Shown here piece by piece: positions 1 through 9,687 of a DNA stretch of 37,049 nucleotides; position 1 is the stretch's first letter, and each line of letters begins with the position of its first letter. The DNA comes from an uncultured Alphaproteobacteria bacterium (GTDB lineage Bacteria > Pseudomonadota > Alphaproteobacteria > Rickettsiales > UBA1997). The stretch spans positions 1-37,049 of the forward strand of contig CAIYMZ010000066.1 in NCBI GenBank assembly GCA_903927415.1. Direction: 5' to 3'. The notes under the pieces are model-generated. The model ran no database searches and was not told the DNA's origin. It saw nothing but the letters and a program-made list of their open reading frames with translations. A program made the position numbers and the translations under genes.

Positions 1-1
1 C

Positions 2-67
2 TGGAAAAAGTTTGAAGAAAACGGCATAAAAATTCCGCTACCGCAACATGAAGTGAGGATGGTATGA
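2..67 (+). CDS. 3' end of a probable MscS-family mechanosensitive channel (partial, runs off window start)
   Basis: Frame from position 2 reads WKKFEENGIKIPLPQHEVRMV*, matching the typical MscS C-terminal FxExGIxIP(F)PQxxV motif; its stop overlaps the ATG of the next gene (ATGA). Confidence 0.7.
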   Translation, partial: WKKFEENGIKIPLPQHEVRMV

Positions 68-981
68 TTTGCGCACCCATCGCTCTCTTCGTTTACAACC
101 GAATTGATCACACCAAAAAAACAATTGAGGCTCTGCAAAAAAATTTTTTAGCCGATCAAAGTGAGTTATTTATTTTTTGTGACGATGCCAAGAATCCTGA
201 CGGCGAAAAAGCTGTGCACGCCGTGAGAGACTATGTCAGGACCATTTCCGGATTTAAAAAAATTACCGTGATTGAGCGCGAAAAAAATTTTGGACTCGCC
301 GCTTCAATCATCAGTGGCGTTTCCGAAATCATCGAAAAATTCGGCCGCGTAATTGTGCTTGAGGATGACTTGGTAACCTCGCCGCACTTCCTCACTTTCA
401 TGAATGAAGGCTTAGATTTTTATGAGTCGGAAGAAAAAGTTATCAGCATTCACGGCTACATTTATCCGGTGAAGAAAGAATTGCCGGAAACTTTTTTTCT
501 ACGCGGCGCCGACTGCTGGGGCTGGGCAACTTGGAAAAGGGGTTGGAATTTATTCGAAAAAAATGGCGCTAAACTTTTGGCAGAATTACAGCAAAAAAAT
601 CTCACTAAAAAATTCGACTTCGATGGCTGTTATTCATTCACCAGAATGCTCGAAGATCAAATCGCCGGCAAAAATAATTCTTGGGCAATTCGTTGGTATG
701 CTTCGGCATTTTTGGCAGAAAAGCTCACGCTTTATCCCGGAAAATCTTTGGTGCAAAATATCGGCATCGACGGCAGTGGCACGCATTGCAGCAATAGCTC
801 ATCATTCAACATTGAACTTGGGCAAGAAAAAATTTCTCTCACAAAAATTCCACTTTCAGAAAATTTTGAAGCCCGCGAAGCAATAAAAAAATTCTTCAAG
901 CCAAAAAAATCTTTCATCAAAAAAATTGCTCACAAAATCAGAAAAAAAATAAAAAAATTGAAGGCAAAAACCGATGCTTAA
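64..981 (+). CDS. GT-A fold glycosyltransferase (sugar transferase)
   Basis: APIALFVYNR N-terminus, IVLEDD motif, CWGWATW and SLVQNIGIDGSGTH motifs typical of surface-polysaccharide glycosyltransferases. Confidence 0.85.
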   Translation: MICAPIALFVYNRIDHTKKTIEALQKNFLADQSELFIFCDDAKNPDGEKAVHAVRDYVRTISGFKKITVIEREKNFGLAASIISGVSEIIEKFGRVIVLEDDLVTSPHFLTFMNEGLDFYESEEKVISIHGYIYPVKKELPETFFLRGADCWGWATWKRGWNLFEKNGAKLLAELQQKNLTKKFDFDGCYSFTRMLEDQIAGKNNSWAIRWYASAFLAEKLTLYPGKSLVQNIGIDGSGTHCSNSSSFNIELGQEKISLTKIPLSENFEAREAIKKFFKPKKSFIKKIAHKIRKKIKKLKAKTDA

Positions 982-1921
982 TTTTTGTACCTTATTCGAT
1001 TCGAACTATTCGGCATATGGCTTGGCGATGTATGAATCGCTGAAAAAAAACTGCACTGATTTTCATCTTTTTATTTTTGCCTTCGATGAAAAATGTGAGG
1101 AAGTTTTAAAAAAATTAGCGCTGGAAAATGTCACGGTGATTTCGCTGAAAGATTTTGAAGATGAAGAATTACTCAAAATAAAACCAACGAGAGGCAAAGG
1201 TGAATATTGCTGGACATGCACTCCTTCGACGGTTCTTTACGTTCTGAAAAACTTTGGCGTAGCAAGCTGCACTTACCTTGACGCCGATCTGTATTTTTTT
1301 TCTGATCCAAAAATTTTGATTGAAGAGCTTGGCGGAAAATCAGTTTCAATCATCGAACATCGCTACACACCGAAACATGATCAAAGCAAAATTTCCGGAA
1401 AATATTGCGTGCAATTCATGACTTTCAAAAATGATAAAGATGGTTTGGAAGTGCTAAAATGGTGGCGTGAGCGTTGCATCGAATGGTGCTTCGGACGAGT
1501 TGAAGATGGTAAATTCGGCGATCAAAAATATCTCGATGATTGGATGGCGCGATTTAATTGCGTGCGAGAATTAAAAAATCTCGGTGGTGGCGTGGCGCCG
1601 TGGAATATCCAGCAATATCGCTTCGTGGAAAAAAATAAAAAAATTTTCGGCATCGAAAAAAAATCCGGCAAAAAATTTCCACTGATTTTTTTCCATTTTC
1701 ACGGATTTAAAATTTTAAATGAGAAACGAATTAGGCTCACCGAGGGCTACAAAATCTCGCTCAACGCCAGAAATTTAATTTACAAAAATTACGCCAAACA
1801 TTTCATTTTCAAAATGGAGAAGAAAATTTCTCTCCAAAAAAATTCATTTTTAGCAAAAATTTTTGCCCTCCTGCCTCACAAAAAAAATAACAAAATTAAC
1901 ATTTCATGGCTTACATCATAA
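974..1921 (+). CDS. glycosyltransferase (GT-A, DxD motif)
   Basis: FCTLFDSNY N-terminus, YLDADLYF (DxD), FGDQKYLDDW, APWN and FFHFHG motifs; overlaps neighbours in an operon-like way. Confidence 0.8.
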   Translation: MLNFCTLFDSNYSAYGLAMYESLKKNCTDFHLFIFAFDEKCEEVLKKLALENVTVISLKDFEDEELLKIKPTRGKGEYCWTCTPSTVLYVLKNFGVASCTYLDADLYFFSDPKILIEELGGKSVSIIEHRYTPKHDQSKISGKYCVQFMTFKNDKDGLEVLKWWRERCIEWCFGRVEDGKFGDQKYLDDWMARFNCVRELKNLGGGVAPWNIQQYRFVEKNKKIFGIEKKSGKKFPLIFFHFHGFKILNEKRIRLTEGYKISLNARNLIYKNYAKHFIFKMEKKISLQKNSFLAKIFALLPHKKNNKINISWLTS

Positions 1922-2274
1922 ATTTAAAAACTTTTTCCGACAATCGTGGAAGCCTTACGGTCGTTGAAGACAGGCAGTTGCCATTCAAAATAAAAAGAAG
2001 TTTTTACATTCATGGCGTTAAGAAGGGCGAGATTCGCGGCAAGCATCGTCATCACAAAGCAATTCAAGCGATGATTTGTTTGGAAGGCAGCTGCAAGGTT
2101 TATAATCACGATGGAAAAAAAGAGGAACGCTTCACTTTGGACAGCCCCTCCAAATGCTTGGTTCTAGAACCGCAAGATTGGCACTACATGGAAGAATTCA
2201 GCGATCACACTGTGCTGAATGTTTTGTCATCGGAATATTTTAGCACTGAGGATTACATCTACGAGCCTTACTAG
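1906..2274 (+). CDS. fdtA: FdtA/QdtA-family cupin sugar 3,4-ketoisomerase
   Basis: [22 protein letters not shown] and WHYM motifs of the FdtA/WxcM cupin. Confidence 0.85.
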   Translation: MAYIINLKTFSDNRGSLTVVEDRQLPFKIKRSFYIHGVKKGEIRGKHRHHKAIQAMICLEGSCKVYNHDGKKEERFTLDSPSKCLVLEPQDWHYMEEFSDHTVLNVLSSEYFSTEDYIYEPY

Positions 2275-3368
2275 AACCTATTCATCACTTCGCACACTTT
2301 CTCCACATCTTCTTTCTGATGAAAAAACGAAATCGGCAAACTCAAAGTTGTCGCGTGGATTTCTTCTGAAATTGGGTGTTGCTGATTTTTGAAACTCTCC
2401 CCCATCTCCCTCCCCATGGCCTTTTGTTTGTGCGGCGCGATTGGATAGTGGATTTCTGTTTTGATATTTTGACCGAGTAAAAATTCTTTCAACTGATCAC
2501 GTTTTTGCTGTCTGATGTTAAAAATGTGAAAAACATCGAAATAGTCTGGATGCTGCACTGGCTTGACGAAGTTACTGCTTAAATTTTTAAAATAAACTTT
2601 TGCCAGCTCATTTTTGTGAGCATTTATTTCGTTTAATTTTTTTAATTTGATCGAAAGAAATCCGGCCTGAACCTCGTCAAGCCGTGAATTGTAACCGACG
2701 AGCTCATTGTGATATTTTATTTTTGAGCCGTAATTACGCAGCATTTTTATTTTCTCGGCAAGCTTCTCGTCATTAGTTACGATTGCTCCAGCATCACCTA
2801 AAGCGCCTAAATTTTTTGTTGGATAAAAACTGAAAGCACCGAACTCGCCAAACGTTCCGGCCATTTTTCCGCGATATTTTGCACCGTGAGCTTGCGCCGT
2901 GTCTTCGATTAATTTGAGATTGTGACTCTTACACAAATCCACAATCGGCGCCATCTCGCAGCATTTTCCGTAAAGATGAACAATCATCACGGCGCGAGTT
3001 TTTTTTGTAATTTTTTCGGCGAGTTTTTTTGGATCGATATTGTAAGTCGCGATGTCTGGCTCAACCAAAACCGGTTTCAAACCATTTTGCAAAATAGATA
3101 AAATTGTCGCGATGTAAGTGTTGGATGGAACGATAACTTCATCACCTTTTTCAAACTCAAATGCAGCAAGTGAAAGGGTTAATGCATCTAGGCCAGAAGC
3201 GACTCCAAGACAATGTTTTACACCACAAAATTCTGCAAATTCCTGCTCAAATTTTTCAACATTTTTTCCTAAAATATACCAACCACTTTCAAGTGTTTGA
3301 GCAAAAGATTTTTTATAATCTTCAAAAAAAATTTGATTAAGTTTTGCTAAATTTTCGTATTCAATCAT
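2271..3368 (-). CDS. DegT/DnrJ/EryC1/StrS sugar aminotransferase (FdtB-like)
   Basis: [37 protein letters not shown] (PLP lysine) and GYNSRLDE motifs. Start trimmed from the ORF track to the ATG at 3368 (MIEYENL), just after the rfbA stop. Confidence 0.9.
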   Translation of the reverse strand: MIEYENLAKLNQIFFEDYKKSFAQTLESGWYILGKNVEKFEQEFAEFCGVKHCLGVASGLDALTLSLAAFEFEKGDEVIVPSNTYIATILSILQNGLKPVLVEPDIATYNIDPKKLAEKITKKTRAVMIVHLYGKCCEMAPIVDLCKSHNLKLIEDTAQAHGAKYRGKMAGTFGEFGAFSFYPTKNLGALGDAGAIVTNDEKLAEKIKMLRNYGSKIKYHNELVGYNSRLDEVQAGFLSIKLKKLNEINAHKNELAKVYFKNLSSNFVKPVQHPDYFDVFHIFNIRQQKRDQLKEFLLGQNIKTEIHYPIAPHKQKAMGREMGESFKNQQHPISEEIHATTLSLPISFFHQKEDVEKVCEVMNRF

Positions 3369-3369
3369 G

Positions 3370-4260
3370 CTAATAATTCCTGTGAATTTGTTCGAGATAA
3401 GCTCTGTAAGCCGAACCTTTTTTATATTTTGCAACCAGCTCCGAAAATTTATTTTTATCGATGAAACCCTTGCGGTAGGCCATTTCTTCGATGCAGGCAA
3501 TTTTCAAACCTTGCCGTTTTTCGATGGTGTGGATGAATTGCGAGGCTTCGAGAAGTGAGTCTGGCGTTCCGGCGTCAAGCCAAGCGAATCCTCGTCTCAA
3601 ACGCACCACGCCAAGTTTATTTTTTTTGAGATAGACCTTGTTGATATCAGTAATTTCGAGTTCACCGCGCGTCGAAACTTTGGTTTTTTTGGCGATTTGC
3701 ACCACATCAGAATTGTAAATGTAAAGCCCAGTCGCCGCCCAATTTGATTTCGGATTTTTTGGTTTTTCTTCGATTGAAATTATTTTCTCTTCATCTTCAT
3801 CAAGCTCGATAACGCCATATCTTTCGGGATCGGAGACATGGTAAGCAAAAATAAATCCACCGATTTTATTTGATTTTATTTGTGCAAATTTTTCTTCAAG
3901 ATTTTCGCTGGCAATCTCGGAACCATAAAAAATATTGTCGCCCAAAATCAAACAAACTGGGTCTTTACCAATAAATTTCTCACCAATCAAAAATGCTTCG
4001 CCAATGCCGCGTGGCTGATTTTGCACCGCGTAAGAAATTTTAATTCCGTAATCCGAACCATCGCCCAAATATTTTTCGATGCTTGGCGTATCTTGCGGCG
4101 TTGAGATGGTGAGAATGTTTTTGATGCCAAGATTCATCAAAGTTGCCAACGGATAACAAATCATTGGCTTGTCGTAAACCGGCAATAATTGTTTGCTGAT
4201 GACGTTGGTAAGCGGAGCAAGTCTAGTGCCGTTTCCACCGGCGAGGATGATTCCTTTCAT
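3370..4260 (-). CDS. rfbA: glucose-1-phosphate thymidylyltransferase
   Basis: [57 protein letters not shown]. Confidence 0.95.
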   Translation of the reverse strand: MKGIILAGGNGTRLAPLTNVISKQLLPVYDKPMICYPLATLMNLGIKNILTISTPQDTPSIEKYLGDGSDYGIKISYAVQNQPRGIGEAFLIGEKFIGKDPVCLILGDNIFYGSEIASENLEEKFAQIKSNKIGGFIFAYHVSDPERYGVIELDEDEEKIISIEEKPKNPKSNWAATGLYIYNSDVVQIAKKTKVSTRGELEITDINKVYLKKNKLGVVRLRRGFAWLDAGTPDSLLEASQFIHTIEKRQGLKIACIEEMAYRKGFIDKNKFSELVAKYKKGSAYRAYLEQIHRNY

Positions 4261-4292
4261 AAAGATTTAAAACGTGATTGTGAATCCATTCT

Positions 4293-4367
4293 GCTGTCAT
4301 TCCCGCGAAGGCGGGAATCCAGTATTTTAGAAACTTTCTGGATTCCCGCCTTCGCGGGAATGACAGC
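4293..4367. repeat. GTCA-tagged palindromic element (30-bp perfect inverted repeat, 15-bp spacer)
   Basis: GCTGTCATTCCCGCGAAGGCGGGAATCCAG (4293-4322) and its exact reverse complement (4338-4367); each arm is itself a hairpin with an ATTCCC-N8-GGGAAT core. Confidence 0.95.
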
Positions 4368-4377
4368 GAGAAAATAG

Positions 4378-5349
4378 TTAAAGTATCATCGTCCCCGCGC
4401 CACTCTCGGTGAAGATTTCCATCAGCAAAATATTGTCGACGGCGCCGTTCAAAATGTGAGCGTAACCAACATTATTTTCGAGAGCGCTGATGCAGGTTTC
4501 AATTTTTGGAATCATGCCACCCGTGATCACACCGTCGTGAATCATCTGTCTTGCAGTCGCGATGTTGAGGTGACTGATCAATTCGCCATTCGGCAACATC
4601 ACGCCGTCAACGTCGGAAAGAATAATTAATTTTGAAGCATTAAGCGCTGAAGCAATCGCGCCAGCTGCGGTGTCAGCGTTGATGTTAAAAGTTTCACCAT
4701 TGTCACCAATGCCGATTGGCGCAATGACGGGGATGATGTCAGTATCTTCAAAAATATTTAGCACTTCCGGATCAATGGCGTAAGGCTCGCCGACAAAACC
4801 TAAATTCAGAATTTTTTCGATGTTGGAATCTGGGTCTTTTTTGGTACGGGTTAATTTTTTTGCACGAATCAAATTACCATCTTTACCACATATTCCAATT
4901 GCCTTTCCAGCTGCAGCGTTGATTTCTTTGACAATCATTTTGTTAATTGAACCGGCCAAAACCATCTCAACCACATCAACGGTATCAGCATCTGTCACCC
5001 GCAACCCATCAATAAAAGATGATTTGATATTGAGCTTAGTGAGCATTTGACCAATTTGTGGACCACCACCGTGAATCACGATAGGATTGATTCCAACCTG
5101 CTTTAACAACACCACATTTTTAGCAAAATTCTTGAGATTATTGTCACCGCCCATCGCGGAACCACCGAATTTAATTACAAAAGTTTCTCCGGTGAATTTA
5201 CGCATGTAAGGCAAAGCCTCACAAAGAATTTCTGCTTTACGCGCCCATTCCTGACGATTTTTTTCTTTCTGTAGAGAAATATTTTCAATCGGCGTAATGC
5301 TGCCTTCTTTTTCCTTTTTTTTGTCGCCGAAATTGATGATGTTGGTCAT
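4378..5349 (-). CDS. argB: acetylglutamate kinase
   Basis: EALPY, VIKFGGSAM, HGGGPQI, GLRVTD, NINADTAA, GGMIPK. Confidence 0.95.
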   Translation of the reverse strand: MTNIINFGDKKKEKEGSITPIENISLQKEKNRQEWARKAEILCEALPYMRKFTGETFVIKFGGSAMGGDNNLKNFAKNVVLLKQVGINPIVIHGGGPQIGQMLTKLNIKSSFIDGLRVTDADTVDVVEMVLAGSINKMIVKEINAAAGKAIGICGKDGNLIRAKKLTRTKKDPDSNIEKILNLGFVGEPYAIDPEVLNIFEDTDIIPVIAPIGIGDNGETFNINADTAAGAIASALNASKLIILSDVDGVMLPNGELISHLNIATARQMIHDGVITGGMIPKIETCISALENNVGYAHILNGAVDNILLMEIFTESGAGTMIL

Positions 5350-5972
5350 GGTTTTTTGAGAAATTTTTGGAGAGGAATTGTTTCGATTTTAGTAAAATTT
5401 TTGATCGCCGCCGAACTTTTTTGCGACGCTTTTTTTACGAGCGGTAAATCTTCGTTAATGATAATTTTTTCAACTAAGATTTTGCGGCTTTTTAGCGCCT
5501 CAATGGCACAAAGCGTGTGACTAATCGCTCCTAAATAATTAGCACTGACGAGTAAAACCGGAATTTTTAATTCTGCCGCCAAATCCAAAAAAGTTTTTTT
5601 CTTGATTATTGGCGTCATCACACCACCAGCAGCCTCAATAAATAAAAATTGGTTTTGACTTTTAGCCTCAAAAATTTTTTTTAAACAAAATTTTTTAACC
5701 GCGAGAAAATTTATTTTTCCGGCGAGATGCGGTGATACGGCTTTTTCGAAACGCCAAGGAGAAATTAGATCAAGATTTTTTTGAGAAATTCTTTGACCAA
5801 GAGCTATTAAAATTTTTGCTGGATCGGAATTTTTATCATCATCGCGAAATCCACTAACAATCGGCTTGATAGCCATTGCGCTTGGCAAAATTCGACAAAG
5901 TTTTTCAACTAAAAATGTTTTTCCAACATCAGTTCCAATTCCTAAAACAAGATAAATTTTTTGCTTCAACAT
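5346..5972 (-). CDS. bioD: dethiobiotin synthase
   Basis: GIGTDVGKT P-loop, KPIVSG, SPHLA, EAAGG, LGAISHTL. Confidence 0.9.
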   Translation of the reverse strand: MLKQKIYLVLGIGTDVGKTFLVEKLCRILPSAMAIKPIVSGFRDDDKNSDPAKILIALGQRISQKNLDLISPWRFEKAVSPHLAGKINFLAVKKFCLKKIFEAKSQNQFLFIEAAGGVMTPIIKKKTFLDLAAELKIPVLLVSANYLGAISHTLCAIEALKSRKILVEKIIINEDLPLVKKASQKSSAAIKNFTKIETIPLQKFLKKP

Positions 5973-7168
5973 CAGTTTAATTTCGAGAATGTTCCGTAAA
6001 TCGGACCAAAAACTGCAATCGTAATCCAGCCAATCATGCCACCCATGACCATAGTGATTGTTGGCTGAATCATGCCAACCAACTTATCGATCGAATCATT
6101 AATTTCACGATCGTAAAAATATTTGATGTTGTTCAGAGCGCTTTCCATATTACCACTTTCCTCACCAATTTTAAACATTCTCACAACAAGATTTGGGAAA
6201 TAACCGGTTAAAGAAATTGATTTTGATAATGACTGTCCATCTGAGACTTGCTGCTTCACCACAACGATACTTTTTTTTATAGCCTTATTTTTTATGACGT
6301 TGCTAGAGGATTCCAAACATTCGAGCACGCCCAAACCACTTTTGAATGTCATGGCAAAAAACTGACAAAATTTTGCTGATTCAATTTTGCTAATGATGGG
6401 GCCAATGATTGGAATTTTAAGCTTGAAGTCATCAATCCTAACGGCCATTTCTGGGGAGCGCGACAGAAGTTTCACTGACATCCAGAATGCAGGCCCAGAA
6501 AAAATAATCAGATACCAATTGCCTTGCACGAAATCAGAAAACTTGATCAAAGCTATCGTGATTATTGGCAATGCAATGTCTTGCATAGTTAAAAACCCCG
6601 TAACTTTTGGAACCACAACCGAAGTCATGATACCCATCACAACGAACATTAGAAACAAACCAAAAGCTGGGCCAGTCGTGGCCTTTTTAGTTTTTCTTTT
6701 AATGTCCATGTTCCACTTAATGTCTTCAATGATGCTGGCAAAAGAGTTGGAAAGATTGCCGGTTTTTTCACCCATCGCAATCAAGCCGATATAGGTGTTA
6801 TTAAAAACATCCGGATGTTTGGCGAGACTTTCAGAAAAAAGATTTCCGTTCTTGATCGACTCATAAATCTCACGCATCAAATTTTTAATTCTGACAGATT
6901 CTGCTGTTTCCTTCAAATCATTGATTGAATCAACAATCGACACCCCTGCTTTTTCTAGCTGCTCAAGATGCACAAACATAGCGATCAAATCTCTTGGCTT
7001 AACTCTATCAAAAAATCCCGCAGCTTTTTGTTTTTCTTCTTTGAAAGAGATCAGCTCCATGCCGCCTTGATGCAATATCGTCGTTAAATCAGACGGATTT
7101 TCTGCCGACATTTTAGCGTTAACGTAGACGCCATTTTCATTGATTGCTTTGTATCTGTAATGCCTCAT
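5972..7168 (-). CDS. type II secretion F / type IV pilus platform protein (GspF/PilC family)
   Basis: YRYKA N-terminus, two T2SSF repeats (GEKTGNL, GEESGNM), three hydrophobic segments, C-terminal PIY. Confidence 0.9.
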   Translation of the reverse strand: MRHYRYKAINENGVYVNAKMSAENPSDLTTILHQGGMELISFKEEKQKAAGFFDRVKPRDLIAMFVHLEQLEKAGVSIVDSINDLKETAESVRIKNLMREIYESIKNGNLFSESLAKHPDVFNNTYIGLIAMGEKTGNLSNSFASIIEDIKWNMDIKRKTKKATTGPAFGLFLMFVVMGIMTSVVVPKVTGFLTMQDIALPIITIALIKFSDFVQGNWYLIIFSGPAFWMSVKLLSRSPEMAVRIDDFKLKIPIIGPIISKIESAKFCQFFAMTFKSGLGVLECLESSSNVIKNKAIKKSIVVVKQQVSDGQSLSKSISLTGYFPNLVVRMFKIGEESGNMESALNNIKYFYDREINDSIDKLVGMIQPTITMVMGGMIGWITIAVFGPIYGTFSKLN

Positions 7169-7731
7169 CTATTTTTTAATTTTTTCATTTTATTGAGGAT
7201 CATTTCGCGTTTTATTTTTGAAATGTGGTCAACAAAAGTAATTCCGTTCAAGTGATCGATTTCATGTTGGATGCAAGTGGCAAGTAATCCATCCATTTTC
7301 ATAACCTGTTCCTTACCGAGAAAATCCAAAAATTTTACTTTCACTATTGATGGACGAATCACCTCTGAGCGCATGTCGGGGAAGGATAAGCAGCCTTCAT
7401 TGTAAGGCGAATTTTCCGCAGAAAGTTCGAGAATTTCGGGATTAATAAAATATCGCGGATTGGTGTTTTTAACATGAACTCCGCTGCATTCACCGTGATG
7501 ATGGTGATCGTGCCCGTGGGAATTATCTTCAACTTTATAATCAACATCAATCACCACAACTCGTTTCAACACTCCAACCTGCACCGCAGCAAGACCAACA
7601 CCAGATTCAGAATACATCGTTTGCACCATGTTTTGCATAAAATCTCGAAGTTGGTCATCGATTTTTTCGACCGGTTTTGAGATTTTTTTTAAGAGTGGAT
7701 CTGGGGCGAGAACGAGTGGAAGAATTTTCAT
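7165..7731 (-). CDS. def: peptide deformylase with a His-rich insert
   Basis: GVGLAAVQVG, EGCLS and QHEIDHLNG motifs all present. Confidence 0.95.
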   Translation of the reverse strand: MKILPLVLAPDPLLKKISKPVEKIDDQLRDFMQNMVQTMYSESGVGLAAVQVGVLKRVVVIDVDYKVEDNSHGHDHHHHGECSGVHVKNTNPRYFINPEILELSAENSPYNEGCLSFPDMRSEVIRPSIVKVKFLDFLGKEQVMKMDGLLATCIQHEIDHLNGITFVDHISKIKREMILNKMKKLKNR

Positions 7732-7751
7732 TTATTTTATTTTTTATTTTG

Positions 7752-7776
7752 AATTTTGAACGCGGCGTTCAAAATT
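7752..7776. repeat. perfect 12-bp inverted repeat between purN and def
   Basis: AATTTTGAACGC-G-GCGTTCAAAATT. Confidence 0.7.
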
Positions 7777-7847
7777 ACCTCACGTAAATTGGCTTGGCTG
7801 TAGGCCCCAAAAAAATATTGCTTTTAAATGATGTTTTGGAACTCGGC

Positions 7848-8465
7848 CTAATTGAATTTCTCACTTTCAATTTGTCCATTTTTTTCACAGACAATTTTCA
7901 GCGCTTTTGGGTAAATTTTGTGTTCCTCTTTCAAGATTTTTGCAGCAAGAATTTCTTTGTTGTCGCCAGCTGAAATTTCAACTTCAGCCTGCAAAATAAT
8001 CGGCCCGCAGTCCATTTCTTCACGGACGAAATGCACAGTGCAGCCCGACTTTTTTGCACCAGCTTTAATCGCGTCACCAACCGCATCCGCGCCTTTAAAT
8101 TCAGGCAAGAGCGAAGGATGAATGTTAATCAGCCGATCAAACCAACGCTGCACAAACCATGGTGAAAGCAGACGCATAAAACCCGCCAAGCAAATAATTT
8201 CGGCACCAGATTTTTCAATTTCGGCGCTCATTTTTTTGTCGAATTCTTCGCGCGGATTTTTTTCGGCAGAAAAATTTTTGTGATCAATCACCGCAGTTTT
8301 TATTTTTTTCTCCCGCGCAAATGAAAGACCAGCCGCGTCAATTTTATTCGACAAAACCAAAACCACTTCCGCCGGAAAGTTTGGATCTGCACAAGCCTGC
8401 ACAAGAGCCTGCATGTTGGATCCACGCCCCGAAATCAAAATCGCGATTTTAGTTTTTTTGGTCAT
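7848..8465 (-). CDS. purN: phosphoribosylglycinamide formyltransferase
   Basis: ISGRGSNM, LAGFMRLL, INIHPSLLP, GCTVHFV, DCGPII. Confidence 0.95.
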   Translation of the reverse strand: MTKKTKIAILISGRGSNMQALVQACADPNFPAEVVLVLSNKIDAAGLSFAREKKIKTAVIDHKNFSAEKNPREEFDKKMSAEIEKSGAEIICLAGFMRLLSPWFVQRWFDRLINIHPSLLPEFKGADAVGDAIKAGAKKSGCTVHFVREEMDCGPIILQAEVEISAGDNKEILAAKILKEEHKIYPKALKIVCEKNGQIESEKFN

Positions 8466-9447
8466 TTTTTTTCAGAGTTAGCATGTTAATAATCAGCTTA
8501 ATCATGATTTCTTTATTTTCCGACTTCGACTCTGCGACCAATAAAGTCAAGGCTGCAAGACCTATGTCATTAATTACAACTTGTCCGTCAACGCCGAGCA
8601 AACGATGATTTTTGTTTAAGAAATCTACAAATAAAAAAGCTGCAGAGCGTTTATTCCCATCGATGAAGGGATGATTTTTAATCACAAAATAAAGCAGATG
8701 CGCCGCTTTTTCTTCGATGCTTGGATAGGCAGGATTGCCAAAAATAGTTTGATCGAGATTGCCAAGAAGTGCCGCCAGACCATCTTCGCGCTCTTTAGCA
8801 AAAAATGCAGTTGCCTCACCACGCAAAATTAAATCACTTTTTAACTTAGCTAAAGAAGTTCGCGCTGCCACTACAGTAGGGAGTTTACCTCCTTTTTCTA
8901 CGCGCGGCTTCGAAAGCAAACCCTCATCATAACGCTGCAAAATCAAAAAAGTTTGGGTGTAGCGCGTGATAACATCGACAAGCCCGCGACCAGCTTCAGC
9001 AAGAAGTTTGGGATTTTGTGCGACCTTGCGAACTAGTTCCAGCGCGGCTTCAAGCTCTGCAGCGTTTTTTTCAAAACGTTGGCGATGGAGTGTGAAGCCT
9101 TTGGTTAGGTGGTCACGCAGGATGGTGGTTGACCAAATTCTAAACTGCGTAGCACGTTTTGAATTCACGCGATAACCAACGGCAATAACCGCATCAAGAC
9201 TGTAGCTGTACATCTGCCGCTTTTTGCCGTCTGCCGCAACCTGTGCAATTTTTGCACAGGTTGAATTTTTGGAAAGCTCTTCAGTTTTGTAAATGTTCTG
9301 CAAGTGCTTCACTATCACGGTTCTGTCAACTTCAAATACCGAAGCAATTTGATGAGCATCGAGCCAAAGCGTTTCAGAATTTAAACGCACCTCAACAGCA
9401 TTTTTGCCGCTTTGGAAAATAACAATGTCTGACTGGGTTTTTTTCAT
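8449..9447 (-). CDS. RhuM/Fic-Doc family protein
   Basis: N-terminal RhuM-like region (TLWL, YSLDAVIAVGYRVNSKRATQFRIW) and C-terminal Fic motif HPFIDGNKRSA. Confidence 0.9.
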   Translation of the reverse strand: MKKTQSDIVIFQSGKNAVEVRLNSETLWLDAHQIASVFEVDRTVIVKHLQNIYKTEELSKNSTCAKIAQVAADGKKRQMYSYSLDAVIAVGYRVNSKRATQFRIWSTTILRDHLTKGFTLHRQRFEKNAAELEAALELVRKVAQNPKLLAEAGRGLVDVITRYTQTFLILQRYDEGLLSKPRVEKGGKLPTVVAARTSLAKLKSDLILRGEATAFFAKEREDGLAALLGNLDQTIFGNPAYPSIEEKAAHLLYFVIKNHPFIDGNKRSAAFLFVDFLNKNHRLLGVDGQVVINDIGLAALTLLVAESKSENKEIMIKLIINMLTLKKNDQKN

Positions 9448-9530
9448 AAATTTTGTGGGTTGGTTTTTGGCGGAATGGATTTGAAAAATCTTGCGACTAC
9501 TGCCTTGATCGCATGTTTGTTATTTTCGCT

Positions 9531-9620
9531 GCAGGTCGGCATTTGTAATGCCGACCTCATGTTCATACGTTTGTTTGGTTGGACATGAACGTTGAGTCGT
9601 GGTTACAAACCCCGACCCGC
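9531..9620. repeat. REPIN-like inverted doublet of REP-like hairpins
   Basis: Left GCAGGTCGGCATTTGTAATGCCGACCTCATGTTCAT; right, reverse-complemented, GCGGGTCGGGGTTTGTAACCACGACTCAACGTTCAT. Same tag, same TTGTA loop, different stems. Confidence 0.75.
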
Positions 9621-9654
9621 GCAGGTGACAATGGAGGTAAAAATCTACCAACTT

Positions 9655-9683
9655 TGTCACCCCGCACTTGTTGCGGGGTCCAG
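9655..9683. repeat. single arm of a GTCA-tagged palindromic element
   Basis: TGTCACCCCGCA-CTTGT-TGCGGGGTCCAG immediately after the argG stop; same layout as arms at 4295, 21897 and 24478. Confidence 0.85.
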
Positions 9684-9687
9684 AATT

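Noticed and set aside
2395-2420. Short C-rich duplication (CCCCAT twice) in the aminotransferase
   Set aside because: Too short to distinguish from chance; frame intact.
4189-4377. 62-aa ORF ending SFPRRRESS...WIPAFAGMT
   Set aside because: It is a translation of the palindromic element and overlaps rfbA on the opposite strand.
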